Part shown: one piece after another, positions 9,596 to 21,754 of the stretch
Position numbering within the stretch: position 1 is the first letter of the stretch
Layout: each line of letters starts with the position of its first letter
Origin: Clostridium sp. CAG:465
GTDB lineage: Bacteria; Bacillota; Clostridia; TANB77; CAG-465
DNA length: 64,000 nt
Direction of reading: 5' to 3'
Assembly: GCA_000433755.1 (NCBI GenBank)
Contig: FR891276.1
Location: 2,544 to 66,543, forward strand
The notes under the pieces: model-generated
The model's input: the letters and a program-made list of their open reading frames with translations, nothing else
The model's database searches: none
What the model was told of the DNA's origin: nothing
Program-made: the position numbers and the translations under genes

Positions 9596-10545
9596 ATATT
9601 AAATGTTTCTCCTTCACATATTTTATTTCCATTTAAAAATGAAACAATATCCATTCTTTTAGAATTTGGGGGTTGAATTTCAAGTATACTTACTCCTCCA
9701 TCTTTAGTAGAAATAACTAATTCATTCTTGCTAACTTTTATAACAGTACCTGGTTTAGTTTCCTCTTTAATATCATTATTTACAATTTTTACATTAAATA
9801 CTTTATATTTATTTAAATTTTTATCTTCCATATATGTTCCAGGAAATGGACTAAGACCTCTTACAAAATTGAATATTTCTCTACTTGTTTTATTAAAATC
9901 TATCTTTGTCGTTTCTCTTTTTATCATAGGGGCAATAGAAAAATCATCAGATTGTTTTTTCCTTTTTATTGAACCATCTTCTATCTTTTCTAATGTCTTT
10001 ATTAAAAGATTTGCTCCTATTTGTTTTAATTTATCATGCATTGTTTCAAAATTATCTTCATCTGTAATTTCTACCTCTTCTTTTAAAAGCATATCCCCTG
10101 TATCCATTCCTTCATCCATATACATAGTGGTAATTCCTGTCTTTTCCTCACCATTTATTATAGCCCATTGCATTGGTGCTGCTCCTCTATATTTTGGGAG
10201 TAAAGAACCATGTACATTTATACACCCAAGTTTTGGAAATTCTAAAACTTCTTTTGGAAGTATTTTGCCATATGCAACAACACATATAACATCTGGTTGT
10301 AATCTATTTAATATTTCTATAACCTCAGGATTATTTCTTAGCTTTGCAGGTTGAAATACAGGTATACCTTTCCCATTTGCATAAACCTTTACATCAGATG
10401 GCTTTAACTTCATACCTCTTCCTGATGGTTTATCTGGATTTGTAAATACTCCTACAATGTTATATCCACTTTCAACTAATTTTTCTAAGGAACATTTAGC
10501 AAAATCAGGTGTCCCCATAAATACTACTTTTATATCTTTATTCAA
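9592..10545 (-). CDS. fmt: Methionyl-tRNA formyltransferase
   Basis: 317 aa. VVFMGTPDFA N-terminus, NVHGSLLPKYRGAAPMQWAI motif. Confidence 0.95.
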   Translation of the reverse strand: MNKDIKVVFMGTPDFAKCSLEKLVESGYNIVGVFTNPDKPSGRGMKLKPSDVKVYANGKGIPVFQPAKLRNNPEVIEILNRLQPDVICVVAYGKILPKEVLEFPKLGCINVHGSLLPKYRGAAPMQWAIINGEEKTGITTMYMDEGMDTGDMLLKEEVEITDEDNFETMHDKLKQIGANLLIKTLEKIEDGSIKRKKQSDDFSIAPMIKRETTKIDFNKTSREIFNFVRGLSPFPGTYMEDKNLNKYKVFNVKIVNNDIKEETKPGTVIKVSKNELVISTKDGGVSILEIQPPNSKRMDIVSFLNGNKICEGETFNI

Positions 10546-10668
10546 AAAATCTCATCCTCTCTTAAACATAGTCATATATTACTACAAAAGTATATATTTT
10601 TCAAGTATAATTCCAAAATTTAGCATAGGTCATTTTGAAATTTCATATTATTACATAGAGGTGTAACA

Positions 10669-11460
10669 ATGAAAGTTTTATTATTAAAAAGACATACATT
10701 AATCTATTTTATTATTATATTCTTATTATTAATCTTAGTACTAATAGTGTATAATAAAAATAAAAAAATTAATAACAATAAAGATGTTGAAAAAAATGTA
10801 ATTGCAACTCCTGAAGAATTAAATGAAAATGTAGAGATTAATATAAAAGAAAAAGACAAGTTTTTAGTCGAACAATTTAACAATAAAAAAATGGTAGCAA
10901 TTACCTTTGATGATGGTCCAAGTAAGCATACAACTAAACTTGTAGATGAACTTAAAAAAAGAGAAATACCTGCAACTTTTTTCGTACTTGGTAGTGAAAT
11001 AGAAAGATTTCCTGATGTTTTAAAATTCGAAAGCGATACTGGAAATGAAATAGGAATACATAGCTATGAACATAAATTGTTTACTAAACTTAGTGAAGAT
11101 GAAATTTTAAAGCAAGTAAGTAAAACTAAAAGTATAATTGAAGATTTAACTGGTATAACTCCTAATATAATTCGCGTACCCTATGGTTCCACAAACAAAA
11201 GTATAAAAAAAGTTTTAAATGATCATAATCTAACAAGTGTACTTTGGAGTGTAGACTCCCTTGATTGGAAATTCAAAAATACAGAAAAAACATATAACTA
11301 TGTCATGAAAAAATTTAAAGGAAACGACATTATACTAATGCATGATAGCTTTGATACAAGTGTAGAAGCTGCAATACAAATTGTAGATACTTTACAAAAT
11401 CAAGGATATACATTTGTTACAGTAAGTGAATTTTTAAGAATAAAAAACTTGTCTAAATGA
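10669..11460 (+). CDS. Membrane-anchored polysaccharide deacetylase (NodB homology domain)
   Basis: 263 aa. N-terminal TM helix, then VAITFDDGP, HSYEH, RVPYGS and LMHD motifs. Confidence 0.85.
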   Translation: MKVLLLKRHTLIYFIIIFLLLILVLIVYNKNKKINNNKDVEKNVIATPEELNENVEINIKEKDKFLVEQFNNKKMVAITFDDGPSKHTTKLVDELKKREIPATFFVLGSEIERFPDVLKFESDTGNEIGIHSYEHKLFTKLSEDEILKQVSKTKSIIEDLTGITPNIIRVPYGSTNKSIKKVLNDHNLTSVLWSVDSLDWKFKNTEKTYNYVMKKFKGNDIILMHDSFDTSVEAAIQIVDTLQNQGYTFVTVSEFLRIKNLSK

Positions 11461-11496
11461 TTTCATTGTAACTATTTGTAATATTTTGTATATTTC

Positions 11497-11525
11497 TTGA
11501 CATTTTTAAGTACAATATTTATACT
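11497..11525 (+). promoter_or_regulatory. Sigma-A type promoter for the 104-aa gene
   Basis: TTGACA (11497-11502), 17-nt spacer, TATACT (11520-11525). GAGGTG SD and a TTG start follow. Confidence 0.55.
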
Positions 11526-11542
11526 TGTTTTGAGGTGATAAG

Positions 11543-11857
11543 TTGAATATAGAAATTTCAGATAAAAACAACAATAAAATACTTTTTGACGTAAAGGATA
11601 TTTTAAATTCTATTTCTAAGTGCATAAATAGAGGTAATTACTATGTTGTAGATAGATTTGAGGAAAATTTCGCTGTATTAGAAAATTTAAAAAGCAAGAA
11701 AAACATAAACATACCAAAAGACGACATTTTGGTTAAAATATCTGAAGGGGATGTTCTAAAATTTCAAAATGGACATTTTGTTATTGATAATTCTCAGACA
11801 AAATTAAGAAAAGATGAAATATTAGATATAACAAAAGATATTTTTGAAAATGATTGA
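11543..11857 (+). CDS. DUF3006-like small protein
   Basis: 104 aa, TTG start after GAGGTG. YYVVDRFEENFAVLENL...EGDVL resembles the DUF3006 pattern (recalled, not searched). Confidence 0.55.
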   Translation: MNIEISDKNNNKILFDVKDILNSISKCINRGNYYVVDRFEENFAVLENLKSKKNINIPKDDILVKISEGDVLKFQNGHFVIDNSQTKLRKDEILDITKDIFEND

Positions 11858-12007
11858 AAGAATTTTTTTGATTTTATTAACTTTTCTATTTTAAGACTTT
11901 TTAAATAGAAAAAATGCAGGAATCAAATAAATTATTTTGTGAATTTCCTACATTTTCAAAATCAATATTAATAAAAGTTTTACCCATTTATTTAATAAAC
12001 AATAAGA

Positions 12008-12532
12008 TCATATATTATACAATTTTTTTATTGTTTTATATGGATTTTTCTTGGTAAAAACTTCATATGTAGCACATATTTTATCTACCAAGCATACTAT
12101 AAAGCTCTCTTTATATTTTGGTACTAAAAAAAATGTAAGCGGAAACATATGACATTTTATTATATCTTGTTCAACATCTGTTAAATTCCATTTTTTTAAT
12201 GCATTATTAAGAGCTACTTTAGGATGTCTAAATCCATGCCATTTGTGACTTTTATCTTTCTCATGCCAGTCATATAAAAAGTAGTCATGAAGCAGTGCAC
12301 CACATACTAACTTTTTATAATCAACTTTTATATGAAGTCTTGAGGCAAAAATTAAGCTATAGTGTGTAACTGCAATTGAATGCAAAACGCAATCTGTTGT
12401 ACCATGTTGAATATATTTTTTCATCCCTAGAAAATCCTCATCAAAAGATAATTCTTTTAACCTCTCTTTTATGCATTTTAGTATAACTAAATCACTTAAA
12501 TACATACTCTCATTTACTCTTAAATTATTCAT
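12008..12532 (-). CDS. HD-domain phosphohydrolase
   Basis: 174 aa. HSIAVTHYS ... GALLHDYFLYDWH metal-binding H..HD pattern. Confidence 0.7.
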   Translation of the reverse strand: MNNLRVNESMYLSDLVILKCIKERLKELSFDEDFLGMKKYIQHGTTDCVLHSIAVTHYSLIFASRLHIKVDYKKLVCGALLHDYFLYDWHEKDKSHKWHGFRHPKVALNNALKKWNLTDVEQDIIKCHMFPLTFFLVPKYKESFIVCLVDKICATYEVFTKKNPYKTIKKLYNI

Positions 12533-12574
12533 TAAACCTCCATTCTATCCCAAGATATATTCTTTGCTTCTTTT

Positions 12575-13351
12575 TTATCTTTTATTATTTTTTTCTACTT
12601 CTCCATTATCAAGTTCATACATAACAACGGACATTAGATTTATAGCAGCTGTTTCTGCTCTTAGTATTCTACTGCCAAGGCTAACACATTCACATTTATC
12701 ATTAGACTTAATATCCGATGCCTCATCCTGTGTAAATCCTCCTTCAGGGCCTATAATCATTGCTATTTTTTTATAATTTTTCTTTTTAGCAACTTCCATT
12801 ACTTCATGTAAACTATTTTTATTCTTTTCATTTTCATATGCAAAAATACATATATCAAACTCTGATAACATATCAAGAAGACTTAAATCTAGGTTTATTA
12901 TATCTAGAACATTTACCATATCAGTTCTACCACATTGTTTACAAGCTTCATTTGCAATTATTTGGTATTTATCTCTTTTTTTACATTTTCCCTTTTCATC
13001 GAGTCTTACTACAGTATTTTTTGAAATAAAAGGTACAATATTTTTAACTCCTAGCTCAACCGATTTTTGTATTACAAGATCCATTTTGTCTCCCTTTAAA
13101 ACAGAAACAAAAAATGTTAAATCAATACTAGGCTCACCTTGTTTCTTTGCATTACTTAGGACCTGTAATTCAATATATGCGTTATGCATACGTATAATTT
13201 TACACACATATTCATTTACAATTATAACATCTCCAACATCATGTCTTAGAACTTGAATATGTTTTACTTCTTTTCCTTTTATTTCAATTATATTTTCTTC
13301 TTTTGAAAAATATTTTATATCTTGATTATCCACAATAAATCTTCTTGCCAT
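12575..13351 (-). CDS. rsmE: 16S rRNA (uracil1498-N3)-methyltransferase
   Basis: 258 aa. MARRFIV N-terminus and IGPEGGFTQDE C-terminal SPOUT motif. Confidence 0.85.
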   Translation of the reverse strand: MARRFIVDNQDIKYFSKEENIIEIKGKEVKHIQVLRHDVGDVIIVNEYVCKIIRMHNAYIELQVLSNAKKQGEPSIDLTFFVSVLKGDKMDLVIQKSVELGVKNIVPFISKNTVVRLDEKGKCKKRDKYQIIANEACKQCGRTDMVNVLDIINLDLSLLDMLSEFDICIFAYENEKNKNSLHEVMEVAKKKNYKKIAMIIGPEGGFTQDEASDIKSNDKCECVSLGSRILRAETAAINLMSVVMYELDNGEVEKNNKR

Positions 13352-13374
13352 ATTTTACCTCCATATAACCTATG

Positions 13375-15102
13375 TTAAATACCTAAATATTCCTCAAGAC
13401 AAAGGCCGCTATTATGTACATCAGTTGCTAAAGGATTACCTAAATATCTTATATGCCATGGTTCATACTGATACCCTGTTATGTTTTGCTTTCCTTTTGG
13501 ATATCTTATTATAAATCCATATTTATAACAATTATTTGCAAGCCACTTACCTCCTGCTGTATTTCCATAATTATTATCTATTGAACCAACATCAAAAGCA
13601 AGACCAGTTTGATGTTCTGAGTGACCAGGTCTAGCTGAAAATGTATCAGCAGTTGCTTGTCCATATGCACTTACATATCTATTATATAGACCAACTTGAG
13701 TATTATATGATCTAAATCCAGATAATAAAGGCATGCTAAATCCTGCGCTGTTAGCATCTGCCTTTAAAGAATAATATGCATTAAGTGCCGTTTGATTAAC
13801 TCCGGGATTATATGATGATGGGACACCATATTTTTTATTTACAACAAGCACTCCATTTATATATGTAACCTCACCTTCATTTGATGTTTGGTTATTTCGG
13901 CCGACACTCTGTTCTTTATTTCTAACAGTAACAGGAATATTTACTTCTATTACAGGCTCTGCTTTAGTTTTTATCTTTATATCACATTTTCCAGAAGATT
14001 TTGCCGTTATATTCCCCTCATTATCAACTACTGCTACCTTTTCATCAGAAGTTAAATATTCTACTTCACTATTATATGAATTTTCTGGAAAAACTTTTGC
14101 ATTAATTTTTGTAGAATCGTTTACATACAATTTTACAGAATTTTTATCTACATCAATTTTTTGTGCAATTTCATTTACCTTTACATTAAATTTCTTTAAA
14201 ATATCTTCATTTTTTGCTTTAGCAGTTATCTCATAATCTCCTGCTATATTTGCTGTTAATATATTTTCTGATGAAATTATAACACCATCATTTGTTCCAT
14301 CAAAACTCAACTCCTTACTTGTAGCGTTCTCAGGAATAACTTTTAGATTTAAACCTACACTTTGACCTTTATTTAGTTCAAAATTATCTTTATCAATAGA
14401 AATTTCTTTTACAGGTACATATACAACTACATATTTATCATACATTGCTTGTCCGTTTTCATTACGAGAAATATCAAACTCTATTTTATCTTCAATATTT
14501 TCTATTTTTTTATACAACTGAAGTTTATTTTCTTTGTCAATTCCATACACATCTACGGTATTATATATAAATATGGATTTATCTCTATTAAATGAAATCT
14601 CATTTACACTATCTTTTTTATCAAAAATTTCAATACTCTCGCCACTTATATCTTCTATTTCCTCATATTTGATTTTCTCACATTTTAAAGATATTTTAGC
14701 TAGTTTATTACATTTTTTTATTTTATCTTTCTCATATATAACAGAATAATCCTTATTTGAAAAAGCAACTTGTTTATCAGAGTTTTCAATATATTTTAAA
14801 GTTTTATCCCATAAAATTATATACCCAAATTTATAGTCTATATTTAAATATTCATTATTACTTTTAATTATACTATTATATATCTTATAATTTATATAAT
14901 TATACACACCAATAGTTACACAAAAAATTACAAAAATAAAACACATTAATAGAAATAAAATTTTCTTTAGCTTTCTTTTCTTTTTTGGTTTGTTTTTTGG
15001 TTCCTTTTTTATATTTCTATCTAATTCATGATCTCTACTTAACTTTAGATCAGCTCTTCTTCTCCTCTTTCTACTAGCACTTTCACCTCTTATGTTTTCC
15101 AT
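13375..15102 (-). CDS. Membrane-anchored D-Ala-D-Ala carboxypeptidase (VanY/M15B) with Ig-like (Big_2-type) domains
   Basis: 575 aa. Basic N-terminus plus a TM segment. Two Ig-like segments (ATSKELSFDG.., NSEVEYLTSDEKVAVVDNEGNITA). C-terminal SGFRSY, SEHQTGLAFD and EPWHIRYLG. Confidence 0.8.
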   Translation of the reverse strand: MENIRGESASRKRRRRADLKLSRDHELDRNIKKEPKNKPKKKRKLKKILFLLMCFIFVIFCVTIGVYNYINYKIYNSIIKSNNEYLNIDYKFGYIILWDKTLKYIENSDKQVAFSNKDYSVIYEKDKIKKCNKLAKISLKCEKIKYEEIEDISGESIEIFDKKDSVNEISFNRDKSIFIYNTVDVYGIDKENKLQLYKKIENIEDKIEFDISRNENGQAMYDKYVVVYVPVKEISIDKDNFELNKGQSVGLNLKVIPENATSKELSFDGTNDGVIISSENILTANIAGDYEITAKAKNEDILKKFNVKVNEIAQKIDVDKNSVKLYVNDSTKINAKVFPENSYNSEVEYLTSDEKVAVVDNEGNITAKSSGKCDIKIKTKAEPVIEVNIPVTVRNKEQSVGRNNQTSNEGEVTYINGVLVVNKKYGVPSSYNPGVNQTALNAYYSLKADANSAGFSMPLLSGFRSYNTQVGLYNRYVSAYGQATADTFSARPGHSEHQTGLAFDVGSIDNNYGNTAGGKWLANNCYKYGFIIRYPKGKQNITGYQYEPWHIRYLGNPLATDVHNSGLCLEEYLGI

Positions 15103-15124
15103 AATATTTATCCTCTTTTCTACT

Positions 15125-15787
15125 CTATTGCTCAGTTATAACAGAATCTATTACTGCAAATCCCATAACACTATACTTTTCATTTTTTTTACTTATCATA
15201 TATTTTATATGTATAACATTTTCAAACTGCATTAGCTCCCTTTTATACTGTATATCTACAGTATATTCCATATCAGATTGTTTGTCAACATTAATAATTT
15301 TCTTTTCATCATATACAATACATTCCCCATAAATAGGCACAATTGCTATAAGTCCAGTTTTAGAGTCGTAAAAAACACTGTCTAATATATTAATATCTTT
15401 AATATCAAAAATTTCATCCATTATATCTAGAAAATCATTTTTATCCATATAAGAGATTTGATAATACTCTGTTTTATCTTGTATAATTACAAAATTTTGC
15501 TCCAAATCAATGAATTTTTCTTTATACTTTTGACTATTTTGTGCAATATACCTCATTGTTATTTTTATTTTATCTTCACTAGTTAAAGACTTACTACTCG
15601 TTATATCATAGCTATTTAATAAGACATCATCCAGGGATAGAATAAAAGTTAAAATCTTATCATCAGATTCATTACTTTTAGCAACAACTTGATTAGATTG
15701 CCTAATATTTTTTATACTAAAATAAACTATAACAGTTAATATTAAAATTAACAATAATATTAATAATTTTTTTAACATATTCTTCAA
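15125..15787 (-). CDS. Hypothetical membrane-anchored protein
   Basis: 220 aa. N-terminal hydrophobic anchor LLILLLILILTVIVYF. No recognisable motif. 22 nt downstream of the VanY-like gene. Confidence 0.55.
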   Translation of the reverse strand: MKNMLKKLLILLLILILTVIVYFSIKNIRQSNQVVAKSNESDDKILTFILSLDDVLLNSYDITSSKSLTSEDKIKITMRYIAQNSQKYKEKFIDLEQNFVIIQDKTEYYQISYMDKNDFLDIMDEIFDIKDINILDSVFYDSKTGLIAIVPIYGECIVYDEKKIINVDKQSDMEYTVDIQYKRELMQFENVIHIKYMISKKNEKYSVMGFAVIDSVITEQ

Positions 15788-16000
15788 TTAATAACCACCT
15801 ATACTATACTATATTTTATATATTAAAATTAATAAATATACATTACAGAATAGATAAATAAATAAATTCAAATATATACTATTTAATAAACTTGACTTAA
15901 ATATTCTAAAGCGTTATAATATTTATGTAAAGCATTTTATCTAGCTTTATATTAAAAGCTAAAATTTACTAATTATTTAAAATAATTTTGAGGTGATTTA

Positions 16001-16726
16001 TTGATGAATTTAGACTTTGAAACAATTTTATTCTTTTTTCAAACATATAAAAGGTGGCCAAACGAAATTGAAAAACATTATATTGAACATATGCTAAATT
16101 CTCCATATAATAGTGTTTCTCAAATATATGAACCATTGTTTGATAGAATAAAATACAAAAAAATGATCTTGAATTCTGCACAAGTATATGAACTTACTAA
16201 TTTATTAATTGATTTATATAATCAAAATAAACGTTTTCCATATGCAGATGAAGAATATAAAGGTTATAATTTATATAATTTCATGTACGCATTAAAATTT
16301 TATAAACTTCCAATAAGTACGTCAAATAAAGCAATTTTAAACAAATTACATTTCTTTAGAGGAAAAAATATTCATATTAGCGTACTAAACTTAATTAACT
16401 ATTTCTATATCAATAATAAATGGCCAAACAAAGAAGCTATATTCAATGATATTAAAATTGGTAATTTTGCAAAAAAAATAGCAAAAGATTCTTCCAATCT
16501 TTTTATTGGAGATTACAAAACTTTATCAGAACTTGGCTTTTTTAATCAAATTGATAAAAGAGTAGAAATAATTCTTGAGTTTTACAAAAATTTTAAAAGA
16601 AAACCTCATTCAAACGAAAGATATGGTGGTATATGCGTATATACAGCTTTAGCAAATATAAAAAATGGAAAAATTAATATTTCAGATAAAGAAAGATTAC
16701 TTTTATCCAAAGAGGGGTTGATTTAA
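16001..16726 (+). CDS. Hypothetical protein built of four helicase-associated (HA)-domain-like repeats
   Basis: 241 aa. Four ~55-60 aa units, each with [KN][KR][WFK]P (YKRWPNE, NKRFPYADEEYKGYNLYNF, NNKWPNKEA..IGNFAKKI, FKRKPHSNERYGGICVYTALANI) followed by L...G[FL]. Start is TTG 16001 or ATG 16004. Confidence 0.55.
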   Translation: MMNLDFETILFFFQTYKRWPNEIEKHYIEHMLNSPYNSVSQIYEPLFDRIKYKKMILNSAQVYELTNLLIDLYNQNKRFPYADEEYKGYNLYNFMYALKFYKLPISTSNKAILNKLHFFRGKNIHISVLNLINYFYINNKWPNKEAIFNDIKIGNFAKKIAKDSSNLFIGDYKTLSELGFFNQIDKRVEIILEFYKNFKRKPHSNERYGGICVYTALANIKNGKINISDKERLLLSKEGLI

Positions 16727-16741
16727 AATCATACGAAAAAA

Positions 16742-16775
16742 AATAACGACTCAATATTATGAGCCGTTATTTTTT
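16742..16775. terminator. Bidirectional terminator between the HA-repeat gene and dnaJ
   Basis: AATAACGACTCA / TGAGCCGTTATT arms (one mismatch), with an A run before and a T run after. Confidence 0.7.
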
Positions 16776-16802
16776 GTTTTTAAATTATATAGAAAATATT
16801 TA

Positions 16803-17978
16803 CTATTTACTCCAAAATCCCTTTTTCTTTGATTGAACTTCTTCACCCATAAGATCAGCAAACACTTTTAGTGTTTCTCTTTGTTTATCATTCAAACGTT
16901 TTGGAATATCTACTTGTACTGTATATTCAATATTTCCTCTACCTTTACCATGAATATTTGGTATTCCTTTGTCTTTTAATTTAAAAGTAGTACCTACCTG
17001 TGTCCCCTCAGGGATTACAATCTCATCATCGCTTTCTAATGTAGGGACTTTAATTTTTCCACCTAAAACAAGTTTTGTATATGGAACTTTAATATTTGCA
17101 TATATATTATATCCCTTTCTTGTAAATACAGGATGAGATAAAACATTTACAACTACAAATAAATCACCTGCAGGTCCTCCCTTTTTGCCAGCATCTCCTT
17201 CACCTCGTAAAGAAATAGCCTGACCATTGTCGATACCTGCTGGAATTTTAATATCAATTTTTCTTGTTTTACGAACAGTTCCCTTACCTGAACATGTATC
17301 ACATGGATTTGGAATAATTTTACCTGTACCACCACATTTATCACATGTTTTAACTGTAGAAAAAGTACCCATTATCGTATTTTGAGTTGCTTGAATTTTA
17401 CCTTTTCCGCCACATTTATCACATGTAACTGGGTTTGTTCCAGGCTTTGCACCACTTCCATTACAAGTAGAACATTTTTCATTTCTAGTAATATTAATCT
17501 GTTTTGTTGTTCCAAAAGCAGCCTCTTCAAAAGATATATTCATATTATATCTCAAATCAGCACCTTTAGTTGGCCCTTGCTTTTTAGCAGAATTAAATCC
17601 GCCTCCAAAGCCTCCACCAAATACACTTCCAAGAATATCATCAAGGTCTATATCTACTCCCATACCATTGCCAAATCCAGAAAAATCAAATCCGCCAAAT
17701 CCGTTAGAATAATAGCCTCCTTGACCGCCTCCAAATCCAGCTTGTTCAAAGTTAGATCCAAATCTATCATATTGTGCACGTTTTGTTTTATCTGAAAGCA
17801 CACTATACGCTTCATTTATTTCTTTAAATTTAACTTCAGCTTGTTTTTTTGCTGCCTCGTCTTGTTGCGCATCTGGGTGATTAGCTTTTGCAAGTTTTCT
17901 AAATGCCTTTTTTATTTCATCATCAGTAGCATCTTTTGAAACACCAAGTATTTTATAATAATCCTTTGACTCTGCCAC
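16803..17978 (-). CDS. dnaJ: Molecular chaperone DnaJ
   Basis: 391 aa. J domain (DYYKILGV...HPD), G/F region, four CxxCxGxG zinc motifs. Confidence 0.97.
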   Translation of the reverse strand: MAESKDYYKILGVSKDATDDEIKKAFRKLAKANHPDAQQDEAAKKQAEVKFKEINEAYSVLSDKTKRAQYDRFGSNFEQAGFGGGQGGYYSNGFGGFDFSGFGNGMGVDIDLDDILGSVFGGGFGGGFNSAKKQGPTKGADLRYNMNISFEEAAFGTTKQINITRNEKCSTCNGSGAKPGTNPVTCDKCGGKGKIQATQNTIMGTFSTVKTCDKCGGTGKIIPNPCDTCSGKGTVRKTRKIDIKIPAGIDNGQAISLRGEGDAGKKGGPAGDLFVVVNVLSHPVFTRKGYNIYANIKVPYTKLVLGGKIKVPTLESDDEIVIPEGTQVGTTFKLKDKGIPNIHGKGRGNIEYTVQVDIPKRLNDKQRETLKVFADLMGEEVQSKKKGFWSK

Positions 17979-18002
17979 TAAAACTTCCCCCTATTAAAAT
18001 CT

Positions 18003-18034
18003 AGGGTGTAAAGAGAAACTCTCTTTAGCACCCT
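18003..18034 (-). terminator. Stem-loop between dnaK and dnaJ (possible attenuator or processing site)
   Basis: AGGGTG...CACCCT outer arms with AAAGAGA/TCTCTTT inner arms. Only a weak T tract follows. Confidence 0.4.
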
Positions 18035-18053
18035 TTATATAATAATATTTAAA

Positions 18054-19928
<1,875 letters not shown>

Positions 19929-19985
19929 TTATTTATATTATACTTAAATTATGTACTATCATACACAATTTAAGCAATAACCAAT

Positions 19986-20528
19986 TTAATTTGCTACTTT
20001 AACCATAGAATGACGTATCACTCTATCATTTATCATATAGCCTTTTCTAAAAACTTCAACTACTTCCTTTTCACCTTTACTTTCATCTTCTTCATGCATT
20101 ACTGCCTCATGAAAATTAGGATCAAAAGTTTTGCCTAAAGCTTCTATTTCCTCAATTCCAAGTTTATCAAGTAAACCTGTAAGTTCAGAATAAATCATTT
20201 CCATTCCATTTTTATAGCTATCATCTTTACATTCAGCTCTAAGAGCTTTTTCAAAATTATCTATAATTGGAAGTAAGTTTGAAACTAAATCAGCTGTAAT
20301 AGTATAATACATACTATCTTTTTCTTTATTCATTCTTTTCTTAAAGTTATCAAATTCAGCCATATTGCGTTTCAAATGTTCAAAATATTCATCTGTTTTC
20401 TTTTTTTGTTCATTTAAGTCATCATTTAATTTAGCTATGTACTCATCTTTATCTAACATTTCATCTCCTACTAAATCATTTTTATCATCAAGTATTTCAT
20501 CTTGTTTAATTTCTTTATTTTTATTCAT
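19986..20528 (-). CDS. grpE: Nucleotide exchange factor GrpE
   Basis: 180 aa. AEFDNFKKR and C-terminal VIRHSMVKV are typical of GrpE. Positioned between hrcA and dnaK. Confidence 0.95.
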   Translation of the reverse strand: MNKNKEIKQDEILDDKNDLVGDEMLDKDEYIAKLNDDLNEQKKKTDEYFEHLKRNMAEFDNFKKRMNKEKDSMYYTITADLVSNLLPIIDNFEKALRAECKDDSYKNGMEMIYSELTGLLDKLGIEEIEALGKTFDPNFHEAVMHEEDESKGEKEVVEVFRKGYMINDRVIRHSMVKVAN

Positions 20529-20533
20529 ATACT

Positions 20534-21562
20534 TTAATCCTCACCTTCTTTTTTATTTTTATTAAATATACTTTTTAACTTATTGTCTATATACTTTAAT
20601 GTTGCAACCGTTTTTGAATAATCAATTCTTTTAGGGCCTACAACTGATATTTTACCAAGCTTTTTGTTATCTGTTTCAACATCGAGTGAGATTATACTAT
20701 AATCCCTTAACAACATTTCCTTACTCTCAGAACCTATTATAATGCCAAGTTCATTATTTTCAGCTTTTTTTAAAGCCATATCAATAATGTCTTTCGTTGA
20801 TAACATATTTACAAAGTTTTTGGCTTTTTCAACATCAGAAAACTCTGGTAAATCTAATATTGATGCAAAGTCTGCACTTAATTTTTTTGATTCTTTTGAC
20901 ATTTCATATTTTATACTTTCACATATTTTTCCAAGTACAAAAGAAAATGAACTAAGTTCTTTTGCAACTATATTAGTAAGCACAACATTTAATTTTTCAA
21001 GTGGAGTTCCTTTTAAATTTTTATTTAAAACATTAGATAACTCCTCTATAGTACTTTCCTCTAATTCATCAGTAAGTTTTACAATACAATCTTTTATTGT
21101 TCCATTATTTGACATTAGAACTATAAGGAGTACCTTATCAGATATTTTTACTATTTTAATATTTTCCAATAAGTCATCTGTTTTTACTGTAAGAAGCGTT
21201 GGTCTAAGCAATATTTTAGATACAACATCAGCTGCCTGCTCAAAAAGTTTCTCTGTATCTCCAAATCCGGTTATACTATTATCTATATAATTTATATCAA
21301 TCATAGAAAGTTTTTTTTCTTTCATTAGATTATCAACATAGTATCTATATCCTTTAGTAGAAGGAATTCTACCAGCAGATACGTGAGGCTGTTCTAAATA
21401 GCCTGCTTCTTCTAATAGCTTCATATCATTTCTAATTGTAGCCGAACTATATTCCAAATTATATTTTTCCATTATTGTCTTAGAACCCACAGGCTCTGCT
21501 GATACAATATAGTCTTCTACAACAGATGACAATATTTTTTTCTTTCTTTCATCTAAATTCAT
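20534..21562 (-). CDS. hrcA: Heat-inducible transcription repressor HrcA
   Basis: 342 aa. N-terminal winged helix (EPVGSKTI..SSATIRNDM..LEE.GYL.QPH.SAGRIP). First gene of the hrcA-grpE-dnaK-dnaJ operon. Confidence 0.95.
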   Translation of the reverse strand: MNLDERKKKILSSVVEDYIVSAEPVGSKTIMEKYNLEYSSATIRNDMKLLEEAGYLEQPHVSAGRIPSTKGYRYYVDNLMKEKKLSMIDINYIDNSITGFGDTEKLFEQAADVVSKILLRPTLLTVKTDDLLENIKIVKISDKVLLIVLMSNNGTIKDCIVKLTDELEESTIEELSNVLNKNLKGTPLEKLNVVLTNIVAKELSSFSFVLGKICESIKYEMSKESKKLSADFASILDLPEFSDVEKAKNFVNMLSTKDIIDMALKKAENNELGIIIGSESKEMLLRDYSIISLDVETDNKKLGKISVVGPKRIDYSKTVATLKYIDNKLKSIFNKNKKEGED

Positions 21563-21574
21563 ACCATCACCTGA

Positions 21575-21601
21575 TTAGCACTTTAAAGATGTGAGTGCTA
21601 A
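21575..21601 (-). promoter_or_regulatory. CIRCE operator (HrcA binding site)
   Basis: TTAGCACTT-N9-GAGTGCTAA versus consensus TTAGCACTC-N9-GAGTGCTAA. Located 13 nt upstream of the hrcA ATG. Confidence 0.9.
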
Positions 21602-21612
21602 CTTACGTATAT

Positions 21613-21641
21613 ATATTACATCTTTTATATTTAAATGTCAA
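21613..21641 (-). promoter_or_regulatory. Sigma-A promoter of the hrcA operon
   Basis: On the minus strand: TTGACA (21641-21636), 17-nt spacer, TAATAT (21618-21613). Immediately upstream of CIRCE. Confidence 0.7.
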
Positions 21642-21754
21642 GCATTTTCTTTTATTTTTTCAAACTTTTTACAAAGAAGAACAACAGGCATAAATTTCTA
21701 TATTACATAGATTTTTATACCCGTTTTTTATACAACAATTATTCTATATTTAGA

